The notes under the pieces were generated by a model. That model made no database searches and was not told the origin of the DNA. It was given only the letters and a program-made list of their open reading frames with translations. The position numbers were made by a program, and so were the translations under genes. From NCBI RefSeq assembly GCF_009914755.1, contig NC_060926.1: DNA of 64,000 nucleotides; one strand, written 5' to 3'. This DNA is from the human T2T-CHM13v2.0 reference genome, Homo sapiens. Below are positions 16,526-36,850 of this stretch, piece by piece; the first letter of the stretch is position 1; every line of letters starts with the position of its first letter.

Positions 16526-19402
16526 GAATGTATTTAGTGTAGAGTTAGGTCTGGGGAATACTATAAGAATGCTTTCTTTCCTCAAGAAGTTTATCATTTT
16601 GCTTTCTCTATTCCTTGTTCACTTATAAAATGAAAGTCTGTATTGTAGGTGAACCAAACCAAATTATGAAAAATAGAAAAACAGAATAAAACCAATTTAA
16701 AAATATTATGAATTAATTTACACTTCAGTTAATCCAAAAGTTTTAAGTCCACATATCCATTTTCTTGTTGGCATTTAAAAAGCATATTCGGCTTCAAATT
16801 TCCCTTAAGTGTAATTTTTTAAAAATTTGTTTTATTTTTAATTTGTGTGGGTATATAGTAGGTGTATATATTTATGGAGAAATGAGATGCTTTGATACTT
16901 TATGTGTAAGTTTGCCAAATGTATAGTAAAATGACCCTGCCTTCCTCCAAAATCTGTTTATACTGAAATAATAAGATTAAAATAGAAGCAATGTTGGAGA
17001 TAGAGTCAGGAGCTAAATAAAAATTAAGGGATATGAGCTAGAAGACTGTGACAGCAATTATGAGGACTAGTGGATGACATGATCTGACCTAAATAAAGGA
17101 AATTTCAGCATTGCTATAATTTAACAGCATATTGCAAATTTGACCAGGAATATTTTAGTGTGAATTTCCCAAGGAAAGGACATAAACACTTATTTGTATT
17201 TTTCATAGTTTCATTCATTCATTTTTTGAGCATCTCTTATGAACCAGGAAAAACAAAAGAAACCAAGTCAATTCCCTCCTGGAATTTAAACACAAACAGA
17301 GGAACTTATCCTTGGGATTGCTGATATTTCGGTAGCTTTTATTATACGATCGGGGAAGAAAGAAAATTAGTGAATGATGATCAGATAAGTACACATCGGT
17401 ATTTAAGGTTTTTTTAAAATATCAATACGGCACTGTAAAATACTGAGCTGAAGTTTGTAGCCACAAAGTTATAAACACAAATTGTCTACCTCTGCCCTAC
17501 TAGAGGTCAGTCAGAAGCATTTTATGTTTTCTCTCAATATATTCTCTTTCCTTCTCTCTCTTTTTATAGACTAGAAAGAAATTCAGTCTATGTGTTCCCA
17601 TATTTTAAATTCTTTTTAGCATACATTTAAAAATAACAGTAGAAAAATAATTTGAACTAGTGCCAGGATCTATTACAGACTTTGCCCTGTGAATCATAAA
17701 GCTCCAATAATAACTCCAGTGCAAGATTGTTTCATTTAAGAATAATAGACACTTCTTAGTATTTCTGAGATAGTAAAACAAGGACAGAAGATTTAATTCA
17801 AATGTTTAATGCCTTGATTTCAACTACCCTGTAAGTTGCGTGAAGTATTTGGGATCTTAAAGTGAGCCATAACCTCTGGCAGAGCAAGCAGAGGCATGGC
17901 GGCTGCTCTTACTGGAGGGGGAAATATTTTTGACAATTCAGTGTTTTCTAATCTGCTTAGTTTCTCCGATGATGTTAGTGGCCAACACTGTTGAGAGTAT
18001 TGGATTCGAAAAAATGGCGTGCATTCTGATACAGTGAAGGATTGCTGTGTGATTTTATTTGATTCTACACATTAAAACTTTAATTACTGCATGAGAGGGA
18101 GGAAGGTTTTTATAGCGTTTTGTTGATGAGCATTCCTGACTGGAAGAATTTCAAGCATGAGCTAATGTGGTGATGAATTTGATGTGATCTAAGAAAACTG
18201 AAATTTCTGAGGCTATCAGTAAAACAAACAAAACAAAACAAAACCATCATCTTATAATTTTAATGGACACATCTGTATTTTATTTTCTGAAGAAATGAAG
18301 TACTTGAGAGGGAATATCTTGCTTTTCTTCCTTCAGGGGAGTTTCAAAATTGGTGGGGCAACGTCAAAATTATTGGGGAATTTTTTTTCTTTCCAAAATA
18401 TGTAGCTCTCATTTCCCCTGAAGTCCTTCAAAGACGTCTGTGAGAGGATAGGCCTATTTTTAAAAACTTTCCGTGTTGATTCTGATACGTCATTTTAGTT
18501 AAGGAATGCTGGTTCAGTACATGCTAAATGTTGGCGTATATTACAGATGGGCCTTTTTTTTTGTAATTTTAAAACATCAAAAATCAGGAGAATTGTTATT
18601 CACTTGTTCTTACATAGTTGCTGTTTACAGTAAATAGTAGAGCTTTACTCCTTACTAAAAAATTTACTTTTTTTCATTCCTATCCTAATTTAGGGCTTCT
18701 TCTTTCTCTCTCTGTATGTGTATTTCTTTGTAAGTAAAGGCAAAAAAAAAGGGGGGGTGATATTTAGGAACCAAAATTAAAAATAATTGACAATGGGCCA
18801 TCCATTGTTGACTAATGGAGTTATGAAATGGAGACAAAGAATGAGAACATAACAACACCGTAGGTATATATTCTAATTTTAAGGGAGGAATTCTGTCCTC
18901 AGGTACTAATTCCCAAAGTCAAAAGCAAAAATTTACACACCTACTCATAAACCAGTGGAAAATGTCCCTAGTTCTCCAAAGTATAGAAATTAAAAAGTGG
19001 CATTCCTTGTGTACTGGTGTTTTGGTGGATAGCCAACACTTGTATTTTTGCTTGAGTTATGACCTAGTATCGTCAAGCCTGTAGAGTTAGCTCTCTACAT
19101 AACTCTGTCACTCACTGGCAATTTAAACTTCATTTTTTTTCAGATGGAGGAGAGCTTAATTGTATGACTCGTGGAGCCTTTAAAATTTTGCGGCAACAAT
19201 GTTACTGTTGCTTATTATTATAAAAACAACCTCGACTTTATGATCAGTTTTATGATTTTTCTATCTTCAGCTCCACCTTCCAGGAAGAAGATCAGCAAGC
19301 AAAATGAACAAAATTTATATTTTGGCTGCATTCATGCAGAGACTTTTTTTGGATAAGCACTCTCTCTACCAACAAGTAACTAACATTTAACTGCCTAAAT
19401 CA

Positions 19403-19756
<354 letters not shown>

Positions 19757-20486
19757 TCAGCACTGGGGAAATCTAGGGTCTGTGGTTGCCATGGTCTAAG
19801 GCTGTGATTTTTGTCTCCAGAAGAGTCAAGTCTCAAATAATAGTAGCATTTATATAACATCTTCCATTCGTGAAGCATCCTTTGTCCAAAATGTTCTCAG
19901 CACACACCCAGGAACTTCTCTTTTTGTAACGTTGCAGAAACCAAGGTTTGGTGCACATGGGCAATGAGGGGAATCAGGTCGCTCTGTAAGTCATTCAGTT
20001 TAGAGGCCTTAAGGAGTAACCGCTTGGTGGAGAAAGAGAGTGAATTATTGGATGCTTGCACTGAGCTCTCCCTTCCTCCTGGTAATGAGCTCCCTTTCAG
20101 GATGCTAGCACCGTGCTGGGGTTGGTTGGAATTGCTCCCACCACATCACCGTGGAGTGAGTCAGAAGCTAGTGCAGAAAGCATTCTTTACCCACAGTGTT
20201 TTTTCCTGAGGCATCATTCCCACCTGAGAACTAGCAATATGAGTTCATCATCACTCCAGGCATCGGGCATGGCCAGGGAATGAGGCACGGCAAAGAAGGG
20301 AATTTTCCAGACAGCTGGACATTTCCCCACCCTGGAGTTTTATGTTTTAAATTTTGTTGTTTTCAAATGAAAAGTTTTACAAGGTGTGTGATAGACATAC
20401 CTGTCTTCTTAAACAAAGATTCCCCAAAATACTTTGGCCTTTGCTTGAAGGAATAGAGTTATACTTATCAATATTAACTACAGTTT

Positions 20487-20790
20487 TGCCAGGAATGCTG
20501 GCTCACGTCTGTAATCCCAGCACTTTGAGAGGTCAAGGCAGGCAGATCATTTGGGCTCAGGAGTTCGAGACCAGCCTGGCCAACATGGTGAAACCCCGTC
20601 TCTACTAAAAATACAAAAAGTAGCTTGGTGTGGTGGCACGCCTGTAGTCCCAGCTACTTGGAGGCTGAGGCAGGAGGATCGCTTAAGCCCAGGAGGTTGA
20701 GGCTGCAGTGAGCTGATAGGTTGCCACTGCACTCCAGCCTGGGTGACAAAGTGAGACCCTGTCTCAAAAAAAATCATAATAATAAATTAA
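20487..20790 (+). mobile_element. Alu (AluJ-like)
   Basis: Dimeric Alu with A-rich linker; right arm 'ggaggatcgcttaagcccaggagg...gagaccctgtctc' followed by an A tail. Confidence 0.9.
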
Positions 20791-21504
20791 ATAAACTATG
20801 GTTCTGTAATCATCAAAGGCTTTTGAAATCTCCGGAGAGGTCACACCCATACCAAGTGTGCTCTGACTGTTACATTGTTGCTTCTTATATGTGTTTTTAA
20901 ATGATTTCTACCTTCTCCTTGGTGAGCTCTAAGGTATTACTCACCTACTAATTTACTCATTTATCTATTTACTATTGCATTTGACATCTACTAAGTAGGT
21001 TTTCTATACTGTACTATGTCAACAACCACTCTTTCTTTCAGCTGTGGTCTTCTGAGTTGCTGTGTGCTACGAAATTAGATGGCTGAATTTATTAAAATTG
21101 TATGTAGAAAAGAGTAAGTAAGCTTTGAGTAAAGGATTTAAGGCATCTCATATAGTTCAAACATAATGATATTCTATCTTATTTAAAGAAGATTTAAATG
21201 TTTTAGAAAATGCACAAAACTATATTAGAATGGATAATTATCATTAATTATAATAGTGATACTAAGAAAATAAATTAGGACAAAGAGAACCAAGGAGAGG
21301 AACAAATGAAGCCAGGGCAATGTTAGAACACAGAATGCATGCAGGGTGCCCCGGGCACTTGCTAGAAGTGGGTCCCTGGGTGAGTCCAAGCTTTCTACAC
21401 CTGTGTGGAAAAATGGGTTTTGGTTTTGATTTGAGGGTTTCTAATGTTCCTCTTATTTCAGTGGTCACGATTGTGTTGAAGTTTGAAGTCAGTAGAAATC
21501 TAAT

Positions 21505-21681
21505 TATTTTTGTTGTTGTTGTTAATTTTTATTTTTAGAGACAAGGTCTCACTCTGTTGCCCAGGCTGGAGTGCAGTGGCCTGATCATAGCACACTGTAG
21601 CTCAAACTCCTAGGCTGAAGCAACGCTCTCACCTCAGCCTTCCAAAGTGTTGGGATTACAGGTGTGAGCCACTGAGCCTGG
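21505..21681 (-). mobile_element. Alu monomer (FRAM/FAM-like or internally deleted AluJ)
   Basis: T-rich tail, then 'gagacaaggtctcactctgttgcccaggctgg...gggattacaggtgtgagccactg'; only about 145 bp of body. Confidence 0.8.
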
Positions 21682-23579
21682 TAAAATCTGAACTCTTAAC
21701 AGTGTGAGATGCTGCTCTGCCTTGACACTGTTTTATTATTGAGGGGGCTGTGGGCAGTAATCCAGGTAACAGTCCTTACCTTACTTTGTGTCCCACATTG
21801 CTGCCTGATGATGGAGGACCCCCTTTTGTTTCCCTGAGTCAGGGGAAACTTGTAAAATACAAGGAAGGCACTGGTTTACGGACTTACCTTTTCAAATAAA
21901 CATATGTCACAAAGGGCTGTGAAGCATGTGACATGTGGTTAACAGCGAATACCTACACAGGAACTTGAATTCCACTTAAGTGAAGCTGGAACGTGTGTAA
22001 ATTTGACTGATCCCAGAAGAGACGGCAGAGGGAACCTTTCGCGCTTGACAAAGAAAAGTTTTGGTCTCTTAGGAAAAGGATTTCAAGGCTCTTAGCTTTT
22101 TATGAAACTGCTATCCTTGAAAAACATCCTGAGAACCCCAGGACTGAGGTGTCACAGATATATTCTGCAAGCACTAGTTCAAGTGGCCTCCAAATTTGTG
22201 GTTAATTCTTGGCTAACAAAGCCAAACCCATCCACTTCCTAAAACATAACTATAATCCTGCATGTGGTATGACATTTGGCATTTGGCTATTAGGACAAGT
22301 GGTTACCATTAATCGCTGACTTCCACTAGAGTGACGATATAAAAGCGTTGGCAGCCAGTAGCAGTAACCAGTGGTTAACACTGACAATTGCACAGAGGAA
22401 AACTATTAATTAATTTCTGGATGCTGAGTTCCCCCAAAAACATTTCAAATAATTAACTAAAAATATGGACAATTTGGCTTCCTGCTCTAACACTGTCAAA
22501 ATTTATACTTTAAATATTGTAGTATTATGATTACTGTAAATATCATGTGTCAAATGCCTTCCTTTCATTAAAGTCTTAACGCACTATTATAAATCGTTGT
22601 AATTAAACATGTTTAATGTTAGAAAAAGGATGATTTTGCATGCCTGGATGTGATGAATTATAGCATTTGTGACTCTAAAAGATGGTGCTTGGATATTAGA
22701 AATGGTGAACACTGCAAACATGATGTTGCATGAGCTGATTAGAAATGCAAGCTCTTATGCTTGGGCTTGAATTCTCTATTATCTATCTGCAGATTAACCG
22801 AATTATGGATTTTCCCTGTCCTCCCTACCATACCACCCAGGAGTTCCTGAGGTTGCTTTTCTCACTCATTCTTTCTGGTTACCTTAGTTTTCTTAACTTC
22901 CTTCTTCAAGTCCTATTTATCTCTTCACTCGGCCCCATCTCCAAAAAGATTATGTATATATCCAACAGTCTGCATTTGTTCCCTGGAATTCTCCTCTTTG
23001 TGGAAGAGAAAGCATAAGAAACCGACAGAGAGCTATTTAGCAGGCAGATGTGATACAGAGGAAACACCTGCATTCCCACCTGCACATCCTGGGCTCCTCT
23101 CAGAGAGGGACCCCCAGTTTGGTGCCTCTCAGTGTCTGGCTGCCAGAACCAGCTGTCAGGTGTGCACTCCTGCTTGGCTCAGGGCAGAGGAACATGCGGT
23201 CACACAACTGCTGCCTGGTTAACTGTGGACAGGCTGTTGGTTGGCCTTCTCTTCAAAAAGACTCCTGTTGAGGACCTTGCAGAGCCTCTCTGGCTTTGGT
23301 GATATCCTGGCTTTCTGACCTGCAGAAGGGGCAGCTCCTGATGTTACCCCCATTCCTGCTCCGACTGTATCTCCTGTGTGCTTAGCTCTTCAGAACCTGG
23401 CTGTCTGCTGGGTCAGTGTTTCGTATTAACTGTATCCTTGCTGGGTACCTTGATTTGGTTTCTGCTTTGGACAGTAACTCTACTGGGCCCTTATAGCCCA
23501 CTCTTGTGACATTTCTACTATAGTCTCAGAGACCCCTCCTACCTCAGAGCTCAGTAGCCCTCATTTGATATAGACCATG

Positions 23580-23620
23580 TGAGGCATGCCCCTCATTTGA
23601 GGCATGCCCCTCATTTGAGG
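23580..23620. repeat. Perfect 18-bp tandem duplication (tgaggcatgcccctcatt x2.3)
   Basis: Units at 23580-23597 and 23598-23615, then partial tgagg. Confidence 0.95.
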
Positions 23621-24300
23621 GTGAGAAGTCACAAGTCGAGTGGTCACATATCAGCTAGCGGCAATTTTTTCTTGCTTTTATTATTATTTTAATGGATGCA
23701 TAATAAACTGCACATATTTATGGGGTACAGTGTGATATTTTGATACACATATACCATGTTTAATGATCAAATCTATCACATTTTAATAAAGAATTTGTAA
23801 AACCAAATGCTCAGAGCAGCCGGCTGCTTCTCTTTAGACTCTCTGCTTGCTTAACTCTCTTTATGAAGCCTCACTAATGTGTCACTAATGTTACTTTATT
23901 TTATGCTCACAGCACTGTTTGTTTTCAATATTATATTATTAACCAACATCAATGTTTCTAATCTGGAAATAGACTTACTATATGTATTCTACTGAAATCT
24001 TTAGTAAATACTAAAAGATTGGCTTACATAGACTGAGAATATATGATGTCATATAATCTGCTCACAAATTTCTCTTCAAATCTTTCTAAGTATTTTTTGT
24101 CATTACTTTGTATCTCTTTAGCCAGCGGCTAGCATTCTCTCTCTCTCTCTCCCTGTTTCTCTCTCTTTCTTTCTTTCTTATCAACTTTAATGGCAGCGTA
24201 ACATACAGAGTGTGCCAGTAATAAATATACCGTTCAAGAAATATTTAAAGAGTAAACAAGCAAATACCATCACCCAGAAAAATCAAGAAATAGAATATAA

Positions 24301-24671
24301 GGTAGGCTCAGTGGCTCATGCCTGTAATCCCAACACTTTGGGAGGCTGAGGTGGGTATATCACTCAAGTCCAGGGGTTCGAGACCAGCCAGGTAACATAG
24401 TGAGACCCCATCCTTACAAAAAATACAGAAATTAGCCTGGCATGTTGGTGTGCACCTGCAGTCCCAGCCACTGGAAGGCTGAGGTGGGAGGATTGCTTGA
24501 GTCTGGGAGGTTGGGGCTGCAGCCACTGCATTCCAGCCTGGGTGACAGAGTGAGACCTTGCCTCAGAAAAAAAAAAAAAAAAGAAAGAAAAGGAAAGGAA
24601 AGGAAAGAAGGAAGGAAGGAGAAACAAAGTAAGAAAGAAAGAAAGAAATGAAAGAAAGAAAGAAGAAAGAA
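24301..24671 (+). mobile_element. AluJ-like element with tail expanded into a GA-rich (GAAA/GGAA) microsatellite
   Basis: Alu body 24301-24565; purine tract to 24671; 16-bp TSD aagaaatagaatataa (24285-24300) / aagaaagagaatataa (24672-24687). Confidence 0.9.
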
Positions 24672-24774
24672 AAGAAAGAGAATATAACCAGCTCCCTAGT
24701 ATCTTCCCTTGTATTGCCTCCCAGTCATTACTCCTCCCCACAAAAGCACAACAACTATTTTGACTTTTATCACT

Positions 24775-24898
24775 GTAGAAGTCAGGGGAGTTATCTTCAC
24801 AGCCTTATGGTTAACAAGAATATCTTAAGTAGGATAGAAAAAGCACTACCCATAAAGGAAAAGATTAATAAATAAGACTTAAAATTAATAATTTCATT
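24775..24898 (+). mobile_element. Ancient L1M (L1ME-like) fragment, 5' piece; continues at about 33117-33530
   Basis: Degenerate ORF2 3' sequence ('aaaagcactacccataaaggaaaagattaataaa...aaaattaa') that resumes collinearly after 33117. Confidence 0.55.
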
Positions 24899-25962
24899 TA
24901 TAGATTTAATGCAATGCCAATCAAAATGCCATCAAATTATTTTGTGGATATGAACAAACTGATTCTAAAGTTTCTATGGAAAGGCAAATGATCCAGAATA
25001 GCCAACTCAACACTGAAGATGAACAAAGTTGGAGGATTGACACTATCTGACTTCAAGACTTACTATAAAGCTGAAGCAATCCAAAGAGTGTGGTATTGAC
25101 AAAAGAATAGTCAGACAAATGTAACAGAATAGAGAGCCCAGAAATAGACCTACATAAATATAGTCAACTGATCCTTGACAAAGGAGCAAAGGCAACACAA
25201 TGGAGCAAGGGTAGTCTTTTCAACAAACGGTGCTTGAACAACTGGACATTCACATGAAAAAAAAATCTAGACACATTATTACACCCTTCACAAACATTAG
25301 CTCAAAATGATCACAGACCTAAATGTAAAATGCAAAACCATAAAACTCCAAAAAGATAATGGTAGAAAAATCTAGATTATCTTGAGTATGTTGATGACTT
25401 TTTAGATATAACACCAAAGGCACAATCCATGAAAGAAAAAATTGGTAAGCTGGACTTAAAATTAAAATCTTCTACTCTGTGAAAGATGATGTCAAAAGAA
25501 CAAGAAAACAAGTCATGGACTGGAAGAAAATATTTGCAAAATACACATCTACTACAAGACTATTACCAAAATATACAAAGAACTCTTAACAAGAAAACAA
25601 ACATTTCAATTAAAAAATGATCCAAAGACCCTAACAGACATATTACCAAAGAAGATACAGAGATGGCAAATAGGCATATGAAAAGATGCTCCACATTAAA
25701 TGTCAGCAGGTAAAGGCAAATTAAACAACAATGAAATACCTTTATGCATGTATTAGAATGGCCCAAATCCAGAACACTAACAACACCAAATGCTGACTAG
25801 GATGTGGAGCAATAGGAATTCTCATTCATTGCTGGTGGGAATGCAAAATGATGCAGCCACTACAAAAGACAGTGTGGTAGTTTCTTGCAAAACAAAACAA
25901 ACACTTACTATATGATCCAGTGATCAAACTCTTTGGAATTTACCAAAAAGAGGTGAACACTT

Positions 25963-32066
<6,104 letters not shown>

Positions 32067-32332
32067 AAAGAGTTGAACACTTATGTCCACACAAAAATGT
32101 GTACATAGATGTTTATACCTGCTTTATTCATAATTGGCAAAAGCCAGAAGCAACCAAGATGTCCTTTAGTAGGTGAATAGTTTAAAAAAAAAAAGGCTGT
32201 GGTACATTCATCAAATGAAACATGATTCAGAGCTAGAAAGAAATGAGTTATCAAGCTATGAGAAGACGGAGAAAGTTTAAATGCATATTATTAAGTGAAA
32301 GAAGCCAATCTGAAAAGGCTACATATGGCAGT

Positions 32333-32700
32333 TGGTATGGTTTGGATTTGGGTCTCCGCCCAAATCTCATGTTGAATTGTAATCCCCAATGTTGGAGAAG
32401 GGGCCTGGTTGGAGGTGAATGGATCATGGGGTGAAGTTTCCCCTTGCTGTTTTCGTGATAGTGAGTGAGGTCTCATGAGATCTGGTTGTTTAAAAGCATG
32501 TAGCACAAACCCCTTCTCTCTTCCTCCTTCTCCGCGCCTGCTTTTCCTTCATGTTCTTCCATGACTGTAAGTTTCTCAAGGCCTCCACAGCCATGCTTCC
32601 TGTACAGCCTGCAGAACTCTGAGTCAATTAAACCTCTTTTCTTTATAAATTACCCAGTCCCAGGTAGTTCTCTATAGCAATGTGAGAACAGACTAATACA
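32333..32700 (+). mobile_element. MSTA-like MaLR solo LTR
   Basis: tggtatggtttgg...cccaaatctcatgttgaattgtaatcccc...gagtcaattaaacctcttttctttataaattaccc...gactaataca; 5-bp near-TSD gcagt/gtagt. Confidence 0.85.
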
Positions 32701-34404
32701 GTAGTATTTTGACCATGTGGCATTCTGGAAAAGGCAAAACTGTGGAGCCAGTAAAAAGATGAGTGGTTGCCAGAGGTTGGGGGCCAGTAAGAGAGGGAGG
32801 AATAGGCAGAACACAGAGAAGTTTTAAAGCAGTGAAACTACTCTGTACGATACTACAAAGGTGGATACATAATAATTGTACATAACTCATAAAGTGTACA
32901 ACACCAAGAGTGAACCCTAATGTAAACTCTGGACTTTGGGTGATAATGATGTATCAATGTAGGTTCATCATTTATGACACATGTACTACCGTGGTGGGAG
33001 ATGATGATAATGGGGAAGGCTATACATTTATGGAGAGAGTAGGTATATGGGAAATCTCTCTATACCCTCTACTCAATTTGCTGTGAACCTAAAACTGCTT
33101 GAAAAATTTGTTTTTAAAAATTAAGAATTTTATTCTCAAAAGATGCCTTTAAGAGTATGAGAAGGAGGCACTCAGTGGGAGGAAAATATCTGTAGTACAA
33201 GCATGTAACCAAGGACATGGTGCCAGAATATCTAAACGATTCTACATATCAACAAGAAGAAGACATCTTAATCAAAATGGATATGCAAGTGGCAAATAAG
33301 TATGTGAAGTGTTCAACATCAGGAATCTCTAGAGAAATATACATTAAAACCACAATGAGATGCCACTGTGCACTCACTTCACTAGAATGGCTAAAATTAC
33401 AAAACTGACAATGCTCTCATACACTTGTAGTAGAAGTGTAAATTGGTACAACTATTTTGGAAAACTAGTTAGCAGTATCTACTAAAGCTGAACATAAGCA
33501 CACTCTGTGATCTAGCAATTCTACTCCTATAGAAATGGGCCAACAGAATGTATGACTATTCCAAGACAAATGCATAGAGAAGGATTCATCATTGTTGTCA
33601 TCAAGGGGATGCTTCCGGGTAATCAAGATGCCACTTAAATTGCAGAAAGTGCAGGTAATTCTGAAAGGGGCTCAGTTCTGTTGGGTATTTGACCACAAGG
33701 AGTCATCAGCTCCTCATGGATTCCTCTACCCGAGGACAAAGCCAAGGGAGGTGTAGACCCAGCAGACTCCTTGGCTCTCACAGGAATCTCATCTGCCTCT
33801 TTCTATGCCTCTCCCCTTCCTCAGGAGCTGCAGTTGCCAACTCAGGGGCCTTACAACAGGATTGAGAGGTCCTCACAAGCCTCTTGACATCCCCAAGCAC
33901 CTCCTGCATCCTCTGAAACCCAAGGCTCTCGAAGAGACCTTGTTATAGCCTCGGGATAGTGGCAGGAATGCATGGGGGAGTGGACCACATTGCTTTTTAT
34001 CTACTCAGGGTTAGTGGGCTCAGGGAACCCTCAGTTTAGACAAAGCTAAAGGTACCCAAAACCTGCCTCCTACCACCACCAGGAAAAGAATAGCTAGAGC
34101 TAACCGTTAGACCTCACAGTTGTTCCCTTTCATTGTTCACAGAAGTTCTATTATTTAGGTACCATCATTATTCCTGTTTTATGGCCATGATCCTGAGGCT
34201 CAGAAAGTGTAGTTAACTTTCCTGATGTCATCCAGCCAGGAAGTAGTAGGGCTGAACCCATACACTCATATCCTCTTTCCTTATATTCTCTTTCTAGAGC
34301 CAGATTTCTTAACCACATCACTTCTGTTAGGTGCCTGGCAATGGCTATCTTCGACTTGTGATGTCATTCTTGACCTCCAAGGGAGGTTAATGAGTAAGCC
34401 TGAC

Positions 34405-34814
34405 TGGGTATGTTCATTTCCTTGGGTTGCCGAAGTCCCACAAACTGGGTGGCTTGCAACAACAGAAATTGTTCTGTTCTGGAGGCTGGAAGTCTGAGCT
34501 CCATGCCCACCTCTTTATAGCTTCTGGCAGCAATCCTTGGAGCTCCTTGGCTTGTAGATGCAGCTCTCCAGTCTCTGCGTCCATTGTCACATGATGTTCT
34601 CCCTCAAGTGGCGGTGTCTCTGTGTCTCTTCATATAAGGACACCAGTGGTATTCAATTAAGGGTCTGTCCTACTCCAGTATGACCTCCTATTAGGTTAAC
34701 TTATTATTTCCACAATGACCCTGTTTCCAAATAAGGTCACATTCTGTGGTACTGGGCATTAGATCTTTAACATATTTTTTAAAGGAAGAGGGGGACATGA
34801 TTCAAACCATAACA
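34405..34814 (-). mobile_element. MLT1 (B/C-like) MaLR LTR
   Basis: 'cacaaactgggtggctt..acaacagaaatt', 'tttccaaataaggtcacattctg', terminal 'ggggacatgattcaaaccataaca'. Confidence 0.8.
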
Positions 34815-36224
34815 CTGCACTAGGGTTCTTTTGATTTCTTTAACCTAAAGCCTTAGTTTTAACTGGACAGGTAAGTACCTTGCCCAGTCACAGATGTAAT
34901 ACATGGTAGAAATAGGTGTTGACTGTATAGCCACGGTTCACTCTTCTCCACCAGGCCTCTGCCAGAGAAACTAGTGCAAATGCCAGCAGCAAGTGAGGGT
35001 GGGAATCTTATTAGAAATTTAAGATAATAATGCTGTATATATACACATGCCTATGTCTATATATGAACTTACAGATTATAGAACACTTATTATAAGGATT
35101 TAGAGATTATAGAGCACTTTTCTACCCAGAGCAAAAAGAAAAGGAGAAAAAGCGTTGTGGCTGTAATGACTTTCAAACTCAAAGGCTACATTTTGAAAGA
35201 AATGTAGGAAGTAGCAAAAGCACAGAGGCAAAAAAAAAAAAAAAAAAAAAAAAATCCTAGGGGAATGTATTGTGCTATTTATCTGGTCAAAGAAAAACAG
35301 CTCTTTGCTGGCAAAACCTCGCTTTTATGGAGCCATGTGCTTCTTCCAGAGCTAGGGGCGGACTGGGTTTGCTGAAATGAGTCCTTCTTCAGAAGGCTTT
35401 CTTCCCGTGAGGTCTTTCATTCTTGTGGGGTTTTATTCTGCTGGTTCTCACGTTCGTTATCAGTAAATGCAGGGCTTCCAGTATTATGCAAAAGTTTACC
35501 CCCAGGCTCAACTGTGTTACTAGGACACCCAAGATTCCAAAAAGAACATGTAATTGTTCCTGGCACAAGGGTAGCATGAATGTCTGTCTCTGGGTTGCAT
35601 GATATCTGCTTTGCCTTCAGGCTTTCGATTGTCAGCATTCCATAGGCAGGCAGGTAGTGATGGGAGTGTGCTAATTAGATCAGGTGCTTGATCTTGAAGT
35701 CTGCCCCAGCAATGACTAGGTTGTCGGCATCGGAACTTTTGAGCACTACCTGTCTTTCTCCCAGTCTGCCCAGAATGTAATTATCTTGTCAGCCAAGAAG
35801 CTGGAGCACACAGCTGAGCGAGTGCTCGGCAGCAGTAACAGAGTGATAAGGGAAGACAAATGGATCCACCGTGCATGACTGTTCTGAGACAAACAAATGC
35901 ACAGAGAGGCACTGGAGAATGGAGACTTAGAGAACAAAGAGGCTACATTGAGTATTTTGTTCCTAAGGATACTTCAGATCTTCTCTTAATAAGATTACCT
36001 TGCCTTTGGAGAGGAATTGCAGACTTTTGCTGACTAATGCAAGTCCCAAAGCTTTAGAAAGCTCTTTTAAAATAGGAAGCGATGTGGGGTTCAGTAGCAG
36101 CCTATGTGCTTTGCAGGCCAAACGGCAGGTAATAAAACTTTGAAGGATGACTAGTAGGAAGAAAATGAAGGGGACGAGAAAATAGCAAGTAGGTGTATGT
36201 GCAAGGACTGCAAAAGAGGCTTCA

Positions 36225-36850
36225 GCTCTTGATATTCGAAGTGTGATTTGTGGACTGACAGCAGCAACATCATCTGGAAACTTGTTAGAAATGCAGATTC
36301 TTGGCTGGGCACGGTGGCTCATGCCTGTAATCCCAGCACTTTGGGAGGCTGAGGGGGGTGGATCATGAAGTCAGGAGATCGAGGCCATCCTGGCCAATAT
36401 GGTGAAACCCCGTCTCTAATAAAAATACAAAAATTAACTGGGTGTGGTGGTGTGCGCCTGTAGTCCCCACTACTCAGGAGGCTGAGGCAGGAGACTCGCT
36501 TGAAGCCAGGAGGCAGAGATTGCAGTGAGCTGAGATCGCACCACTACACTCCAGCCTGGGCAATAGAGTGAGACTCCATCTCAAAAAAAAAAAAAAAGAA
36601 ATGCAGACTCTCAGGCCCCAGCCCAGACCTCTTGAATGACAGTCTGCATTTTAAGAGGTCCCTGTCCCCCAGGTTGATTGGATACACCAGTTAAAAAAGA
36701 AAATAAAAAGAAAAAAACCACTGGTGTCTGGGTCTCAGCCCCAGAGATACTAACTCAATTGGATCAGGGTGTAGCCTACACATTGGGTTTGTTAGTAAAG
36801 CTCCCTACCTGATTCTAATGAGCACCTAAGTTTGAGAACTGCTGGTGTAG
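36225..36850. mobile_element. MER5-type hAT MITE pieces, first one split by an Alu
   Basis: 'gcagcaacatcatctggaaacttgttagaaatgcaga' resumes after the Alu as 'ctcaggccccagcccagacc...tctgcattttaa'. Confidence 0.7.
36303..36596 (+). mobile_element. AluSc-like
   Basis: Full dimer; 'ggatcatgaagtcaggagatcgag'; TSD agaaatgcagattctt (36287-36302) / agaaatgcagactctc (36597-36612). Confidence 0.92.

Noticed and set aside
17497-17510. CTCF-like word ctactagaggtcag
   Set aside because: Two mismatches in core positions relative to CCACTAGAGGGCAG; not supportable without ChIP data.
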